This document shows positions 18,206 to 27,192 of a DNA stretch of 32,000 nucleotides, piece by piece. Source of the stretch: Pseudomonas aeruginosa (GTDB lineage Bacteria > Pseudomonadota > Gammaproteobacteria > Pseudomonadales > Pseudomonadaceae); assembly GCF_001457615.1 (NCBI RefSeq), contig NZ_LN831024.1, positions 4,680,001 to 4,712,000 of the forward strand. Reading direction: 5' to 3'. The translations under genes were made by a program, and so were the position numbers. The notes under the pieces were generated by a model. That model saw nothing but the letters and a program-made list of their open reading frames with translations. It was not told where the DNA came from and did no database searches. Positions within the stretch are counted from its first letter, which is position 1. Each line of letters opens with the position of its first letter.

Positions 18206-19723
18206 ATGGAAACCTTGAACTACCTCGGCCAGGGCTTCGGCGTCGCGATGACGCCGACCAACCTGATCACCGCGCTGATCGGCACCCTGATCGGCACCAT
18301 CGTAGGCCTGCTGCCAGGCCTCGGTCCGATCAACGGCGTGGCACTGCTGATCCCGGTGGCCTTCGCCCTCGGCCTGCCGCCGGAAACCGCGCTGATCCTG
18401 CTCGCCGCCGTATACCTGGGCTGCGAATACGGCGGGCGGATCAGCTCGATCCTGCTCAACATCCCCGGCGAAGCCTCGACCGTGATGACCACCCTCGACG
18501 GCTACCCGATGGCACGCAAGGGCCTGGCCGGCGTGGCCCTGTCGCTGTCGGCCTGGAGTTCGTTCATTGGCGCTTTCATCGCCACCTGCGGGATGGTCCT
18601 GTTCGCCCCGCTGCTGGCCAAGTGGGCGATCGCCTTCGGTCCGGCGGAATATTTCGTGCTGATGGTGTTCGCCATCGTCTGCCTCGGCGGGATGGCCGGC
18701 GACCGCCCGCTGAAGACCCTGCTGGCGGCGCTGCTCGGGCTGTTCCTGTCGAGCGTCGGGATCGACGCCAACAGCGGCGTGTACCGCTTCACCGGGGACA
18801 GCATCCACCTCGCCGACGGCATCCAGTTCGTGGTCCTGGTGCTGGGCCTGTTCTCGGTCAGCGAGATCCTCCTGCTGCTGGAGAAGACCCACCACGGCCA
18901 GGAGGCGGTGAAAGCCACCGGACGCATGCTGTTCAACTTCAAGGAGGCCGCCAGCGTATTCCTGGTCAACCTGCGCTGCGGTCTGCTCGGTTTCGTTATG
19001 GGCGTACTGCCCGGCGCCGGCGCGACCCTGGCAAGCGCGGTGGCCTATATGACCGAGAAGAAGCTGGCCGGTGCCAAGGGCGAGTTCGGCAAGGGCGACA
19101 TGCGCGGCCTGGCCGCTCCCGAGACCGCCATCGGCGCCTCCGCCTGCGGCGCCATGGTGCCGATGCTGACCCTCGGCGTGCCCGGCTCGGGTACCACTGC
19201 GGTGATGATCGGCGCCCTGACCCTGTACAACATCACTCCCGGCCCGCTGCTGTTCCAGCAGCAACCGGACATCGTCTGGGGCCTGATCGCCTCGCTGTTC
19301 ATCGCCAACGTCATGCTGATCATCCTCAACGTGCCGATGGTCCGCGTATTCACCCGCATCCTCGCGGTGCCGAACTGGGCCCTGGTGCCGGCCATCGCGA
19401 TCATCACCGGGATCGGCGTGTACGGCGTGCATGCGACCACCTTCGACCTGTTCCTGATGGTCGGCATCGGCGTGATCGGCTATATCCTGCGCAAGCTCGA
19501 CTTCCCGCTCTCGCCGCTGCTGCTGGGCTTCATCCTCGGTGGACTGATGGAGCAGAACCTGCGCCGCGCGCTGTCGATCTCCAACGGTGAACTGGGCATC
19601 CTCTGGTCGAGCCCGATCAGCCTGGTGACCTGGGCGCTGGTGGTGGTAATGCTGCTGTTGCCGCTGGTCCGCGCCTGGCGCCGCCGCGTGGCCCGTCGCG
19701 CGACAGGGCTGGCCGATGCCTGA
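18206..19723 (+). CDS. tctA: Tripartite tricarboxylate transporter large membrane subunit TctA
   Basis: About 505 aa and polytopic. The ATG at 18206 is preferred over the GTG at 18203 (GAGGA 7 nt upstream). Confidence 0.93.
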   Translation: METLNYLGQGFGVAMTPTNLITALIGTLIGTIVGLLPGLGPINGVALLIPVAFALGLPPETALILLAAVYLGCEYGGRISSILLNIPGEASTVMTTLDGYPMARKGLAGVALSLSAWSSFIGAFIATCGMVLFAPLLAKWAIAFGPAEYFVLMVFAIVCLGGMAGDRPLKTLLAALLGLFLSSVGIDANSGVYRFTGDSIHLADGIQFVVLVLGLFSVSEILLLLEKTHHGQEAVKATGRMLFNFKEAASVFLVNLRCGLLGFVMGVLPGAGATLASAVAYMTEKKLAGAKGEFGKGDMRGLAAPETAIGASACGAMVPMLTLGVPGSGTTAVMIGALTLYNITPGPLLFQQQPDIVWGLIASLFIANVMLIILNVPMVRVFTRILAVPNWALVPAIAIITGIGVYGVHATTFDLFLMVGIGVIGYILRKLDFPLSPLLLGFILGGLMEQNLRRALSISNGELGILWSSPISLVTWALVVVMLLLPLVRAWRRRVARRATGLADA

Positions 19724-20753
19724 GCGCGTCACCTGGAGGCTGTACTGGGCGACGCCGCTGGTGGGCGCCCTTGGCGGCTGGCTGGCAAGCCTGGTCGGCT
19801 GGCCGCTGCCGTGGATGATCGGCTCGCTGCTTGCGGTGATGCTGGTGCGTTGCCTGGCCGACCTGCCGCTGGCCGAAGTGCCGGGGGCACGCAAGTGCGG
19901 GCAATGGATCGTCGGCATCGGCATCGGCCTGCACTTCACCCCGGCAGTGATCGAGCAAGTGCTGGCGCATAGCGTGATCATCGTCTTCGGCGCCGTGGCC
20001 ACCACGCTTTCCAGCGTGCTGGCGATCGCCTTCATGCGCCGCAGCGGCGAGGACCGCGCCACCGCGTTCTTCGCCAGCATGCCCGGTGGTGCCAGCGAGA
20101 TGGTCAACCTCGGGCAGCGCCACGGCGCGGTGCTCAGCCGCGTCGCCGCAGCGCAGAGCCTGCGCCTGTTGCTGGTAGTGCTGCTGGTGCCGGCGGCGTT
20201 CCAGTACCTGCTCGGCGGCGGCCAGCCAGGCCCGCACCAGGCCGCGCCGGTGGACTGGCACTGGCTGGCCCTGCTGTTCCCGGCCGGGGCGCTGGTCGCG
20301 CTGGGCTGGCAGAAGTTGCGCCAACCCAATCCCTGGCTGCTCGGCCCGCTGTTGCTGGCGGCCGGCGTCAGCCTCGGCTTCGACCTGCATATCGGCCTGC
20401 CGGCCGGTTCCAGCGGCGTCGGCCAATGGCTGATCGGCAGCGCCCTGGGTTGCCATTTCAACCGCAGTTTCTTCCGCAGCGCTCCAGCCTTCGTCAGTCG
20501 TACCCTGGTCTGCACGCTGTGGATGATGTTCGCCGCGGCGCTCGCCGCCGAGTTGCTCGGCTGGCTGACCACCCTCGACCACCAGTCGCTGATGCTCGGC
20601 ATGATGCCCGGCGGCATCGCCGAGCTGAGCCTGACCGCCGAAGCCTTGCAGCTCTCGGTGCCGCTGGTCACCGCCTTGCAGGTACTGAGGCTATTGCTGG
20701 TGCTGTTCCTCGCCGAGCCGTGCTTCCGCTACTGGAGGAAGCGCGCCGGCTGA
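19716..20753 (+). CDS. AbrB-family (AbrB-duplication / 'putative ammonia monooxygenase'-type) polytopic membrane protein
   Basis: 345 aa with about 10 TM segments and an internal duplication feel. Its ATG overlaps the tctA stop (ATGCCTGA, 8-nt overlap). Confidence 0.8.
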   Translation: MPERVTWRLYWATPLVGALGGWLASLVGWPLPWMIGSLLAVMLVRCLADLPLAEVPGARKCGQWIVGIGIGLHFTPAVIEQVLAHSVIIVFGAVATTLSSVLAIAFMRRSGEDRATAFFASMPGGASEMVNLGQRHGAVLSRVAAAQSLRLLLVVLLVPAAFQYLLGGGQPGPHQAAPVDWHWLALLFPAGALVALGWQKLRQPNPWLLGPLLLAAGVSLGFDLHIGLPAGSSGVGQWLIGSALGCHFNRSFFRSAPAFVSRTLVCTLWMMFAAALAAELLGWLTTLDHQSLMLGMMPGGIAELSLTAEALQLSVPLVTALQVLRLLLVLFLAEPCFRYWRKRAG

Positions 20754-20791
20754 TCGAGCCACGCCGCCACACTGGATGTGTGGCGTTTTCC

Positions 20792-20818
20792 AGCCCGCCT
20801 CGTGCGGGCTTTTTTTTC
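20792..20818 (+). terminator. Rho-independent terminator of the opdH-tct operon
   Basis: AGCCCGC-ctcgt-GCGGGCT followed by T8. A second small hairpin (GCCACAC-tggat-GTGTGGC, 20766-20784) precedes it. Confidence 0.85.
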
Positions 20819-20879
20819 CGGGCGCGGTCAGAGGCACACAGCGGCGCCCACCATGTGAAGAGCTGGGCGACAGCGGCCT

Positions 20880-21575
20880 TCAGAGGTCCGGCAGCGACCA
20901 GTCGATAGGCGTCTTGCCGTTCTGCTCGAGGAACTTGTTGGTGCGGCTGAAGTGGCCGTTGCCGAGGAAACCGCGGTAGGCCGACAACGGCGACGGGTGC
21001 GCCGACTTGAGAATCAGGTGGCGCTGCGGGTCGATCAGCTTCTGCTTGCTCTGCGCGTGGCTGCCCCAGAGCAGGAACACCAGGCGCTCGCAACGCTCGT
21101 TGACCACCTCGATGACGCGGTCGGTGAACGGCTGCCAGCCGGCATTGGCGTGGGAGCCGGCCTTGGCCTGCTCGACGGTCAGGGAGGTATTGAGCAACAG
21201 CACGCCCTGCTCCGCCCAGCGCTGCAGGTAGCCGTTGTTGGGAATCGGGATGTTCAGGTCGCGGTTGAGTTCCTTGTAGATGTTCTGCAAGGACGGCGGC
21301 GTCGGCACGCCGGGCTGCACCGAGAAGCACAGGCCGTGGGCCTGGCCTGGTCCGTGGTAGGGATCCTGGCCGATGATCACCACCTTGACGTTCTCCAGCG
21401 GCGTGGTGTTCAGCGCGTTGAAGATCAATGGCCCGGGCGGAAAGATCACCTTGCCGGCGGCCTTCTCCTGGCGCAGGAACTCGCCCAGTTGCTTCATGTA
21501 GGGCTTGTCGAATTCCTCGCGCAGCGCTTCCTTCCAACTCGCCTCGAGCTTGATGCGGTCGTCGTTATCGGTCAT
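20880..21575 (-). CDS. ung: Uracil-DNA glycosylase
   Basis: 231 aa with family-1 UDG motifs GQDPYHG and HPSPLS. Confidence 0.97.
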
Positions 21576-21649
21576 GGAACCCCCTGTCTCGGTACTGAAA
21601 AAGTCGTCCGGCCTTTTTCAGAAGGTCGCCGACAGCCTGTGGCCGCGGA

Positions 21650-21678
21650 ACCGTAGAAAAGCCCGCCGCGCTTGTCAA
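21650..21678 (-). promoter_or_regulatory. Candidate sigma-70 promoter for ung
   Basis: Minus strand reads TTGACA-N17-TACGGT. The perfect -35 overlaps the TGA stop of the upstream VanW-like gene (GATTGACA). Confidence 0.45.
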
Positions 21679-22496
21679 TCTCGGGACAGGCGGGCCTCTT
21701 CCACCGGATACTTCACGCGCACCCGGTTGCGGTACAGGCACTCGCTGGCCAGCAGGGTGCCGGCCTGGCCCTTTTCCCGGATGTCGCGCCAGATCTCGTT
21801 GAGCCTCAGCACCGCATCGCCGTCGCGGACAAAGCGCTGGGCCCTCTCATAGACGTGGTAGCGCACAGGGCGCGGCGCGCTGCACAGCAGTTCGCCTTCC
21901 AGTTGGTGGGCGGCGATATGGAAGCGCAGCTGGAAGGTATCCGCCGTCGGATTGTGCAGCACCAGGTCGATGAAGTTGTAGAAGATCGCCGCGCCCGAGC
22001 CGAACGGCAGGATCCGTCCCTCGTCGGGAAACGGGTCGAAGCTGTGGTTGGCCCGCTCCACCACGCGCAGCGGGGAATGCAGGGCCATCCAGTGGATCAG
22101 GTTGCTCAGTTGGCAGATGCCGCCGCCGATTCCGCTGCGCGCCTCGCCGAAGGACAACTCCATACCTTCGACGAAGCCACGCCGGGCGCTGGGCCGACCG
22201 ACCAGCCGGCAGAACGAGAAGTACTCGCCGGGGCCGATGCTCACGCCGTTCATGCAGTCCACCGCCAGGCGCAGGTTGACCACCTTGTTGCGTTGCAGGG
22301 CGAGGTCGCTGTCGCCGAGGCGGCGGATCAACTTCGAGGTGTGCTTGATGTAGCGGTACGGCAGGCGCTCGTCGATCGATGGCAACCGCACGTAGCGACG
22401 GCCGCCAAGACGCCAGCGGCAGTGCCGCCAGAGACGTCGTTGCCAGACCCGCAGCCAGTAGAGCCAGGGGTGGTAGAGCGATAGGGGTTTGCGCAT
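21675..22496 (-). CDS. VanW-domain protein of unknown function
   Basis: 273 aa from MRKPLSLYHPW (AAGGA 6 nt upstream); the track ORF starts at a GTG at 22523. It has the motif I recall as VanW-type, GGGICQLSN. No signal peptide or TM is evident. Confidence 0.8.
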   Translation of the reverse strand: MRKPLSLYHPWLYWLRVWQRRLWRHCRWRLGGRRYVRLPSIDERLPYRYIKHTSKLIRRLGDSDLALQRNKVVNLRLAVDCMNGVSIGPGEYFSFCRLVGRPSARRGFVEGMELSFGEARSGIGGGICQLSNLIHWMALHSPLRVVERANHSFDPFPDEGRILPFGSGAAIFYNFIDLVLHNPTADTFQLRFHIAAHQLEGELLCSAPRPVRYHVYERAQRFVRDGDAVLRLNEIWRDIREKGQAGTLLASECLYRNRVRVKYPVEEARLSRD

Positions 22497-22552
22497 CGAC
22501 GATCCTTGTCGGTCTCGGCCCACGGGCAGGATGCAGCATTATGCCCGGAGCA

Positions 22553-23434
22553 CTAGCCCTGGTGCAGCGCCCGGTAGTGACTGGGCGCCATGCCCACCAC
22601 CTTGCGGAACAGCCGCGAGAAGTAATAGGGATCGGCGTAGCCGAGCTGCTCGGCGATCTGCCGCACCTCCAGCGCGCCCTCGTCGAGCAGGCGGCAGGCA
22701 TGGGCCATCTTCATCTGGATGAAATCCTGGATCGGCGCCTGGCCGGTCAGGGCGCGATAGGTCTTGGCGAAATGGAAGCGCGACAGCTTGAACTGCGCCG
22801 CCAGCTCGTCGAGGTTGAGGCTGTCGTGCAGGTGCGCGCGCATCAGCGCCTGCACCGCGTCGATGTCCAGCACCCGTCCGGATTTCAGGCTGGCCCGCGC
22901 CGGACGCACCGCCAGCGAGGTGAGCAGGCCCTGCAACAGGTGCGCGGCATGGATGAAGTGCGGCAGGCTGAGGCCCTGGCGACGCAGCGCCAGCAGCGCA
23001 TCGAACTCCGCCAGCAGGCGCGGCTGCATGCCCAGGCGCAGGCGCGGGGCGCTGCCCAGCGGACGCAGGAAATCCTCCGCCAGTCCGCCTTCGAAATGTA
23101 CCCAGTAGATGCTCCAGGGCCGCTGCGAGTCGGCGCCGTAGGCATGTTCCCGGCCCTTGGGCAGGACCAGCAGGTCGCCGCCGCCGACCTCGACGCGCTC
23201 GCCGGCACACTCCAGCCAGCCGCGTCCGGCCCGGCAGTAGATCAACAGGTTGTCGTCCGGCGCGCGCCGCTGCATGTGGTGGCCATGCGCCTCCGGATAG
23301 TAACCGAGGGCCAGCGGGTAGCAGGCCTGGCCGAGCGGATGGCGGGCCAGGGCGCGACGCAGGCGGGGCGGCGTGATGAAACGCACCCCCTGGTTGGGCA
23401 GGGGCCAGGCGGAGGTCTGTACGGAACGCTTCAC
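22553..23434 (-). CDS. AraC/XylS-family regulator, MmsR-like (cupin plus HTH_18)
   Basis: C-terminal double HTH (FHFAKTYRALTGQAPIQDF...IAEQLGYADPYYFSRLFRKVVGMAPSHYR). The N-terminal cupin-like part begins before the first ATG (23275), so a GTG at 23434 (293 aa) or a TTG at 23464 (303 aa) is more likely. The 5' end is uncertain. Confidence 0.8.
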   Translation of the reverse strand: MKRSVQTSAWPLPNQGVRFITPPRLRRALARHPLGQACYPLALGYYPEAHGHHMQRRAPDDNLLIYCRAGRGWLECAGERVEVGGGDLLVLPKGREHAYGADSQRPWSIYWVHFEGGLAEDFLRPLGSAPRLRLGMQPRLLAEFDALLALRRQGLSLPHFIHAAHLLQGLLTSLAVRPARASLKSGRVLDIDAVQALMRAHLHDSLNLDELAAQFKLSRFHFAKTYRALTGQAPIQDFIQMKMAHACRLLDEGALEVRQIAEQLGYADPYYFSRLFRKVVGMAPSHYRALHQG

Positions 23435-23461
23435 GGCGACGCGACTCGGTAGTCTGAATCC

Positions 23462-23497
23462 CAAGATCGTCCATCCCTTGCGCAAGATCGTCAATCC
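23462..23497. promoter_or_regulatory. Direct repeat operator candidate (2 x 15 bp, 21-bp period)
   Basis: CAAGATCGTCCATCC (23462-23476) and CAAGATCGTCAATCC (23483-23497), 14/15 identical. The second copy abuts or overlaps a weak promoter, TCCACA-N17-TATAAC (23495-23523), reading into the aldehyde dehydrogenase gene. Confidence 0.5.
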
Positions 23498-23566
23498 ACA
23501 GGCGGCTTGCGGCCGGCTATAACGACTCAAAACAACATCCCGGTCCACCGGGAAGCGGAGGCGACG

Positions 23567-25075
23567 ATGGCCAAGGCAATCCCCCAGCTGATCGACGGCG
23601 AATGGCGCGGCAGCCGTTCCCGCGAGCTGGTCGAAGTCACCGATCCGGCGACCCAGGACGTCCTCGCGCTGGCGCCGAAGGCCACCGCCGACGAGATCGA
23701 GCAGGCCATCGCCAGCGCCCAGCGCGCCTTCGAGACCTGGCGCGAAGTCCCGGCTCCCGAGCGAGCGCGGTTGATGCTGCGCTACCAGCACCTGCTCAAG
23801 GAACACCACGACGAACTCGGCGAACTGCTGGCCCGGGAGACCGGCAAGAACCTCGCCGATGCCAAGGGCGACGTGTGGCGCGGCATCGAGGTGGTCGAAC
23901 ACGCCGCCAACGTGGCCAGCCTGATGATGGGCGAGACGGTGGAAAACGTCGCCCGCGAGATCGACACCGCCAGTTGGATCCAGCCCCTCGGCGTGTGCGC
24001 CGGGATCACCCCGTTCAATTTCCCGGCGATGATCCCGCTGTGGATGTTCCCGCTGGCCATCGCCTGCGGCAACACCTTCGTCCTCAAGCCCTCCGAACAG
24101 GATCCGCTGACACCCAACCGCCTCGCCGAGCTGTTCCTCGAGGCCGGCGCGCCGAAGGGCGTGCTGCAGGTGATTCATGGCGGCCGCGAGCAGGTCGATG
24201 CCCTCCTCACCCACCCGGACATCCGGGCGATTTCCTTCGTCGGCTCGGTCGCCGTCGGCCAGCACGTGTACCGCACCGGCACCGCGCACCTGAAGCGGGT
24301 GCAGGCCTTCGCCGGGGCGAAGAACCACATGGTGATCCTCCCCGACGCGAACAAGGCCCAGGTTCTCGGCAACCTGGTCGGCGCCAGTTGCGGCGCCGCC
24401 GGCCAGCGCTGCATGGCGATCAGCGCGGCGGTGTTCGTCGGCGCGGCGCGCGAGTGGATTCCCGAACTGGCCGAGCGGATGGCCGCCCTGCGCCCCGGCC
24501 ACTGGCAGGACCCGGACGCCGCCTATGGTCCGCTGATCAGCCCGCAGGCGCGCCAGCGCGTGCTGCGCCTGATCGCCGAAGGCAAGGCGGAAGGCGCCGA
24601 GTGCCTGCTCGACGGCTCGCAGTGCCAGGTCGAAGGCTATCCCAACGGCAACTGGCTCGGTCCCACCCTGTTCCGCGCAGTGACGCCGAAGATGGGCCTG
24701 TACCGCGAGGAGATCTTCGGCCCGGTGCTGGCTTGCCTGGAGGTCGATACCCTGGAAGAGGCGATTGCCCTGGTCAACGCCAATCCCTATGGCAACGGCA
24801 CCAGCCTGTTCACCCGCTCCGGCGGCGCCGCTCGGCGCTACCAGCACGCGGTGCAGGTCGGCCAGGTGGGGATCAACGTGCCGATCCCGGTACCGCTGCC
24901 GTTCTTCTCCTTCACCGGCTGGAAGGGTTCCTTCTACGGCGACCTGCACGCCTACGGCAAGCAGGCGGTGCGCTTCTATACCGAGACCAAGACCGTCACC
25001 AGCCGCTGGTTCGACGATGAACCGACGACCGACGAATCGTCGGCCGGCCCGAACATGACCATCCATCTCAAGTGA
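23567..25075 (+). CDS. CoA-acylating methylmalonate-semialdehyde dehydrogenase-like aldehyde dehydrogenase
   Basis: 502 aa from [13 protein letters not shown] (GGAGG 6 nt upstream). ALDH superfamily with the catalytic Cys context GAAGQRCMA, which I recall as typical of MmsA-type enzymes. Confidence 0.9.
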   Translation: MAKAIPQLIDGEWRGSRSRELVEVTDPATQDVLALAPKATADEIEQAIASAQRAFETWREVPAPERARLMLRYQHLLKEHHDELGELLARETGKNLADAKGDVWRGIEVVEHAANVASLMMGETVENVAREIDTASWIQPLGVCAGITPFNFPAMIPLWMFPLAIACGNTFVLKPSEQDPLTPNRLAELFLEAGAPKGVLQVIHGGREQVDALLTHPDIRAISFVGSVAVGQHVYRTGTAHLKRVQAFAGAKNHMVILPDANKAQVLGNLVGASCGAAGQRCMAISAAVFVGAAREWIPELAERMAALRPGHWQDPDAAYGPLISPQARQRVLRLIAEGKAEGAECLLDGSQCQVEGYPNGNWLGPTLFRAVTPKMGLYREEIFGPVLACLEVDTLEEAIALVNANPYGNGTSLFTRSGGAARRYQHAVQVGQVGINVPIPVPLPFFSFTGWKGSFYGDLHAYGKQAVRFYTETKTVTSRWFDDEPTTDESSAGPNMTIHLK

Positions 25076-25086
25076 CCCGAGGACCT

Positions 25087-26250
25087 ATGGATTTCGACCT
25101 CACCGAAGAACAACGCCTGCTGGTGGAGAGCGCCCGCGCCTTCGCCCGCCACGAACTGGCGCCGAAGGCGGCCGACTGGGACCGCGACCATCACTTCCCG
25201 GTGGAAGTCATCCGCGCCGCCGCCGAACAGGGCTACCTCGGCCTGTACATCGCCGAGGAAGACGGCGGCCTGGGCCTGTCGCGGCTGTCCACTTCGCTGA
25301 TCTTCGAGCAACTGGCCGCCGGCTGCGTGGCCACTACCGCCTACATCAGCATCCACAACATGGCCGCCTGGATGCTCGCCTCGTTCGGCGACGCGGCGCT
25401 GAAGGAGGCCTGGCTGCCCGGCCTGATCGGCGGCGAGTCGCTCGCCTCCTATTGCCTGACCGAGCCCGATGCCGGCTCCGACGCCGCGCGCCTGCGCACC
25501 CGCGCCCGCCGCGAGGGCGACGAATACGTGCTGGACGGCAGCAAGTGCTTCATTTCCGGCGCCGGCAGCACCCAGGTGCTGATCGTCATGGCGCGCACCG
25601 GCGAGGACGGCGCCAGGGGCATCTCCTGCTTCCTGGTGCCGGCCGACGCGCCCGGCATCCGCTACGGCCGCAACGAGGACAAGATGGGCTGGCGCGCGCA
25701 GCCGACCCGCACCATCACCTTCGAAGGCGTGCGCATCCCCGCCGGCAACCGCATCGGCCCGGAGGGCCAGGGCTTCGTCTATGCCATGAAAGGCCTCGAC
25801 GGCGGCCGCCTGAACATCGCCAGTTGTTCACTGGGCGCCGCCCAGGCGGCGCTGGAGCAGTCGATGCGCTACGTCGAGGAGCGCGAGCAGTTCGGCAAGC
25901 CGCTGGCGACCTTCCAGGCCTTGCAGTTCAAGCTCGCCGACATGCTCACCGAACTCACCGCCAGCCGCCAGATGGTCCGCCTCGGCGCCCATCGGCTGGA
26001 CCGCGGCGACGCCGAGGCGACCCTGTACTGCGCAATGGCCAAGCGCTTCGCCACCGACCGCTGCTTCGATGTCTGCAACGAGGCCTTGCAACTGCACGGC
26101 GGCTACGGCTATCTCAACGATTATCCGCTGGAGCGCTGGGTACGCGACACCCGCGTGCACCAGATCCTCGAAGGCACCAACGAAATCATGCGGGTGATCG
26201 TCGCCCGCCGCCTGCTGGAGCAGGGCGGCATGCTCGATCGCCTGCTGTGA
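25087..26250 (+). CDS. Acyl-CoA dehydrogenase (isobutyryl-/short-branched-chain type)
   Basis: 387 aa from MDFDLTEEQRLL (GAGGA upstream). ACAD motifs YCLTEPDAGSDA and QLHGGYGY. Confidence 0.9.
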   Translation: MDFDLTEEQRLLVESARAFARHELAPKAADWDRDHHFPVEVIRAAAEQGYLGLYIAEEDGGLGLSRLSTSLIFEQLAAGCVATTAYISIHNMAAWMLASFGDAALKEAWLPGLIGGESLASYCLTEPDAGSDAARLRTRARREGDEYVLDGSKCFISGAGSTQVLIVMARTGEDGARGISCFLVPADAPGIRYGRNEDKMGWRAQPTRTITFEGVRIPAGNRIGPEGQGFVYAMKGLDGGRLNIASCSLGAAQAALEQSMRYVEEREQFGKPLATFQALQFKLADMLTELTASRQMVRLGAHRLDRGDAEATLYCAMAKRFATDRCFDVCNEALQLHGGYGYLNDYPLERWVRDTRVHQILEGTNEIMRVIVARRLLEQGGMLDRLL

Positions 26251-26315
26251 ACGCCGCGAACCATCGCATCCGATAGTGCCGGGACGCCCCGGCCCATGAT
26301 CCAGTGAGGGACTTC

Positions 26316-27134
26316 ATGAACACTGCCGTCGAACCCTACAAGGCTTCCTCCTTCGACCTGACCCACAAGCTCACCGTGGAAAAGCACGGGCACACCGCGC
26401 TGATCACCATCAACCACCCGCCGGCCAACACCTGGGACCGCGACTCGCTGATCGGCCTGCGCCAACTGATCGAGCACCTCAACCGCGACGACGATATCTA
26501 CGCCCTGGTAGTGACCGGCCAGGGGCCGAAGTTCTTCTCCGCCGGCGCCGACCTGAACATGTTCGCCGACGGCGACAAGGCCCGCGCTCGCGAGATGGCC
26601 CGCCGCTTCGGCGAAGCCTTCGAGGCGCTGCGCGATTTCCGCGGGGTGTCGATCGCGGCGATCAACGGCTACGCCATGGGCGGCGGGCTGGAGTGCGCCC
26701 TCGCCTGCGACATCCGCATCGCCGAGCGCCAGGCGCAGATGGCCCTGCCGGAGGCCGCGGTGGGCCTGCTGCCCTGCGCCGGCGGGACCCAGGCGCTGCC
26801 CTGGCTGGTGGGCGAAGGCTGGGCCAAGCGGATGATCCTCTGCAACGAGCGGGTGGATGCGGAAACCGCCCTGCGCATCGGCCTGGTCGAACAGGTGGTG
26901 GACAGCGGCGAGGCGCGCGGCGCCGCCCTGCTGCTGGCGGCCAAGGTGGCACGCCAGAGCCCGGTGGCGATCCGCACCATCAAGCCGCTGATCCAGGGTG
27001 CCCGCGAACGCGCGCCGAACACCTGGCTGCCGGAGGAGCGCGAGCGCTTCGTCGATCTGTTCGACGCCCAGGACACCCGCGAAGGGGTCAACGCCTTCCT
27101 CGAGAAGCGCGATCCCAAGTGGCGCAACTGCTGA
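26316..27134 (+). CDS. dspI: Crotonase-family enoyl-CoA hydratase (DspI of P. aeruginosa, from memory PA0745)
   Basis: 272 aa from MNTAVEPYK (GAGGGA upstream). Crotonase oxyanion and active-site region GYAMGGGLECALACDIRIA. Confidence 0.85.
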   Translation: MNTAVEPYKASSFDLTHKLTVEKHGHTALITINHPPANTWDRDSLIGLRQLIEHLNRDDDIYALVVTGQGPKFFSAGADLNMFADGDKARAREMARRFGEAFEALRDFRGVSIAAINGYAMGGGLECALACDIRIAERQAQMALPEAAVGLLPCAGGTQALPWLVGEGWAKRMILCNERVDAETALRIGLVEQVVDSGEARGAALLLAAKVARQSPVAIRTIKPLIQGARERAPNTWLPEERERFVDLFDAQDTREGVNAFLEKRDPKWRNC

Positions 27135-27192
27135 GCCTTCCCATCGAACCCGGCGGGCTGCGCCACAGCCCGCCCGAGCCGAGAGCCCCGAC

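Noticed and set aside
18098-20671. An 857-aa stop-free ORF antisense to tctA and the AbrB-family gene. Similar long antisense ORFs occur at 2244..4121, 4175..5620, 13195..14544, 16642..17940, 27088..29301 and 9199..10371.
   Set aside because: These are typical shadow frames of a high-GC genome with strong GC3 bias. Their products are low-complexity and rich in Arg, Ala, Gly and Pro, with no recognisable motifs. The opposite strand encodes clearly recognisable conserved proteins.
22553-25066. An 837-aa ORF that would fuse the AraC regulator to a huge N-terminal extension. Likewise 14498..16690 would extend tctD to 730 aa.
   Set aside because: The upstream parts are antisense run-ons across the aldehyde dehydrogenase gene and opdH. 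The conserved domains and good SD and start contexts define much shorter genes.
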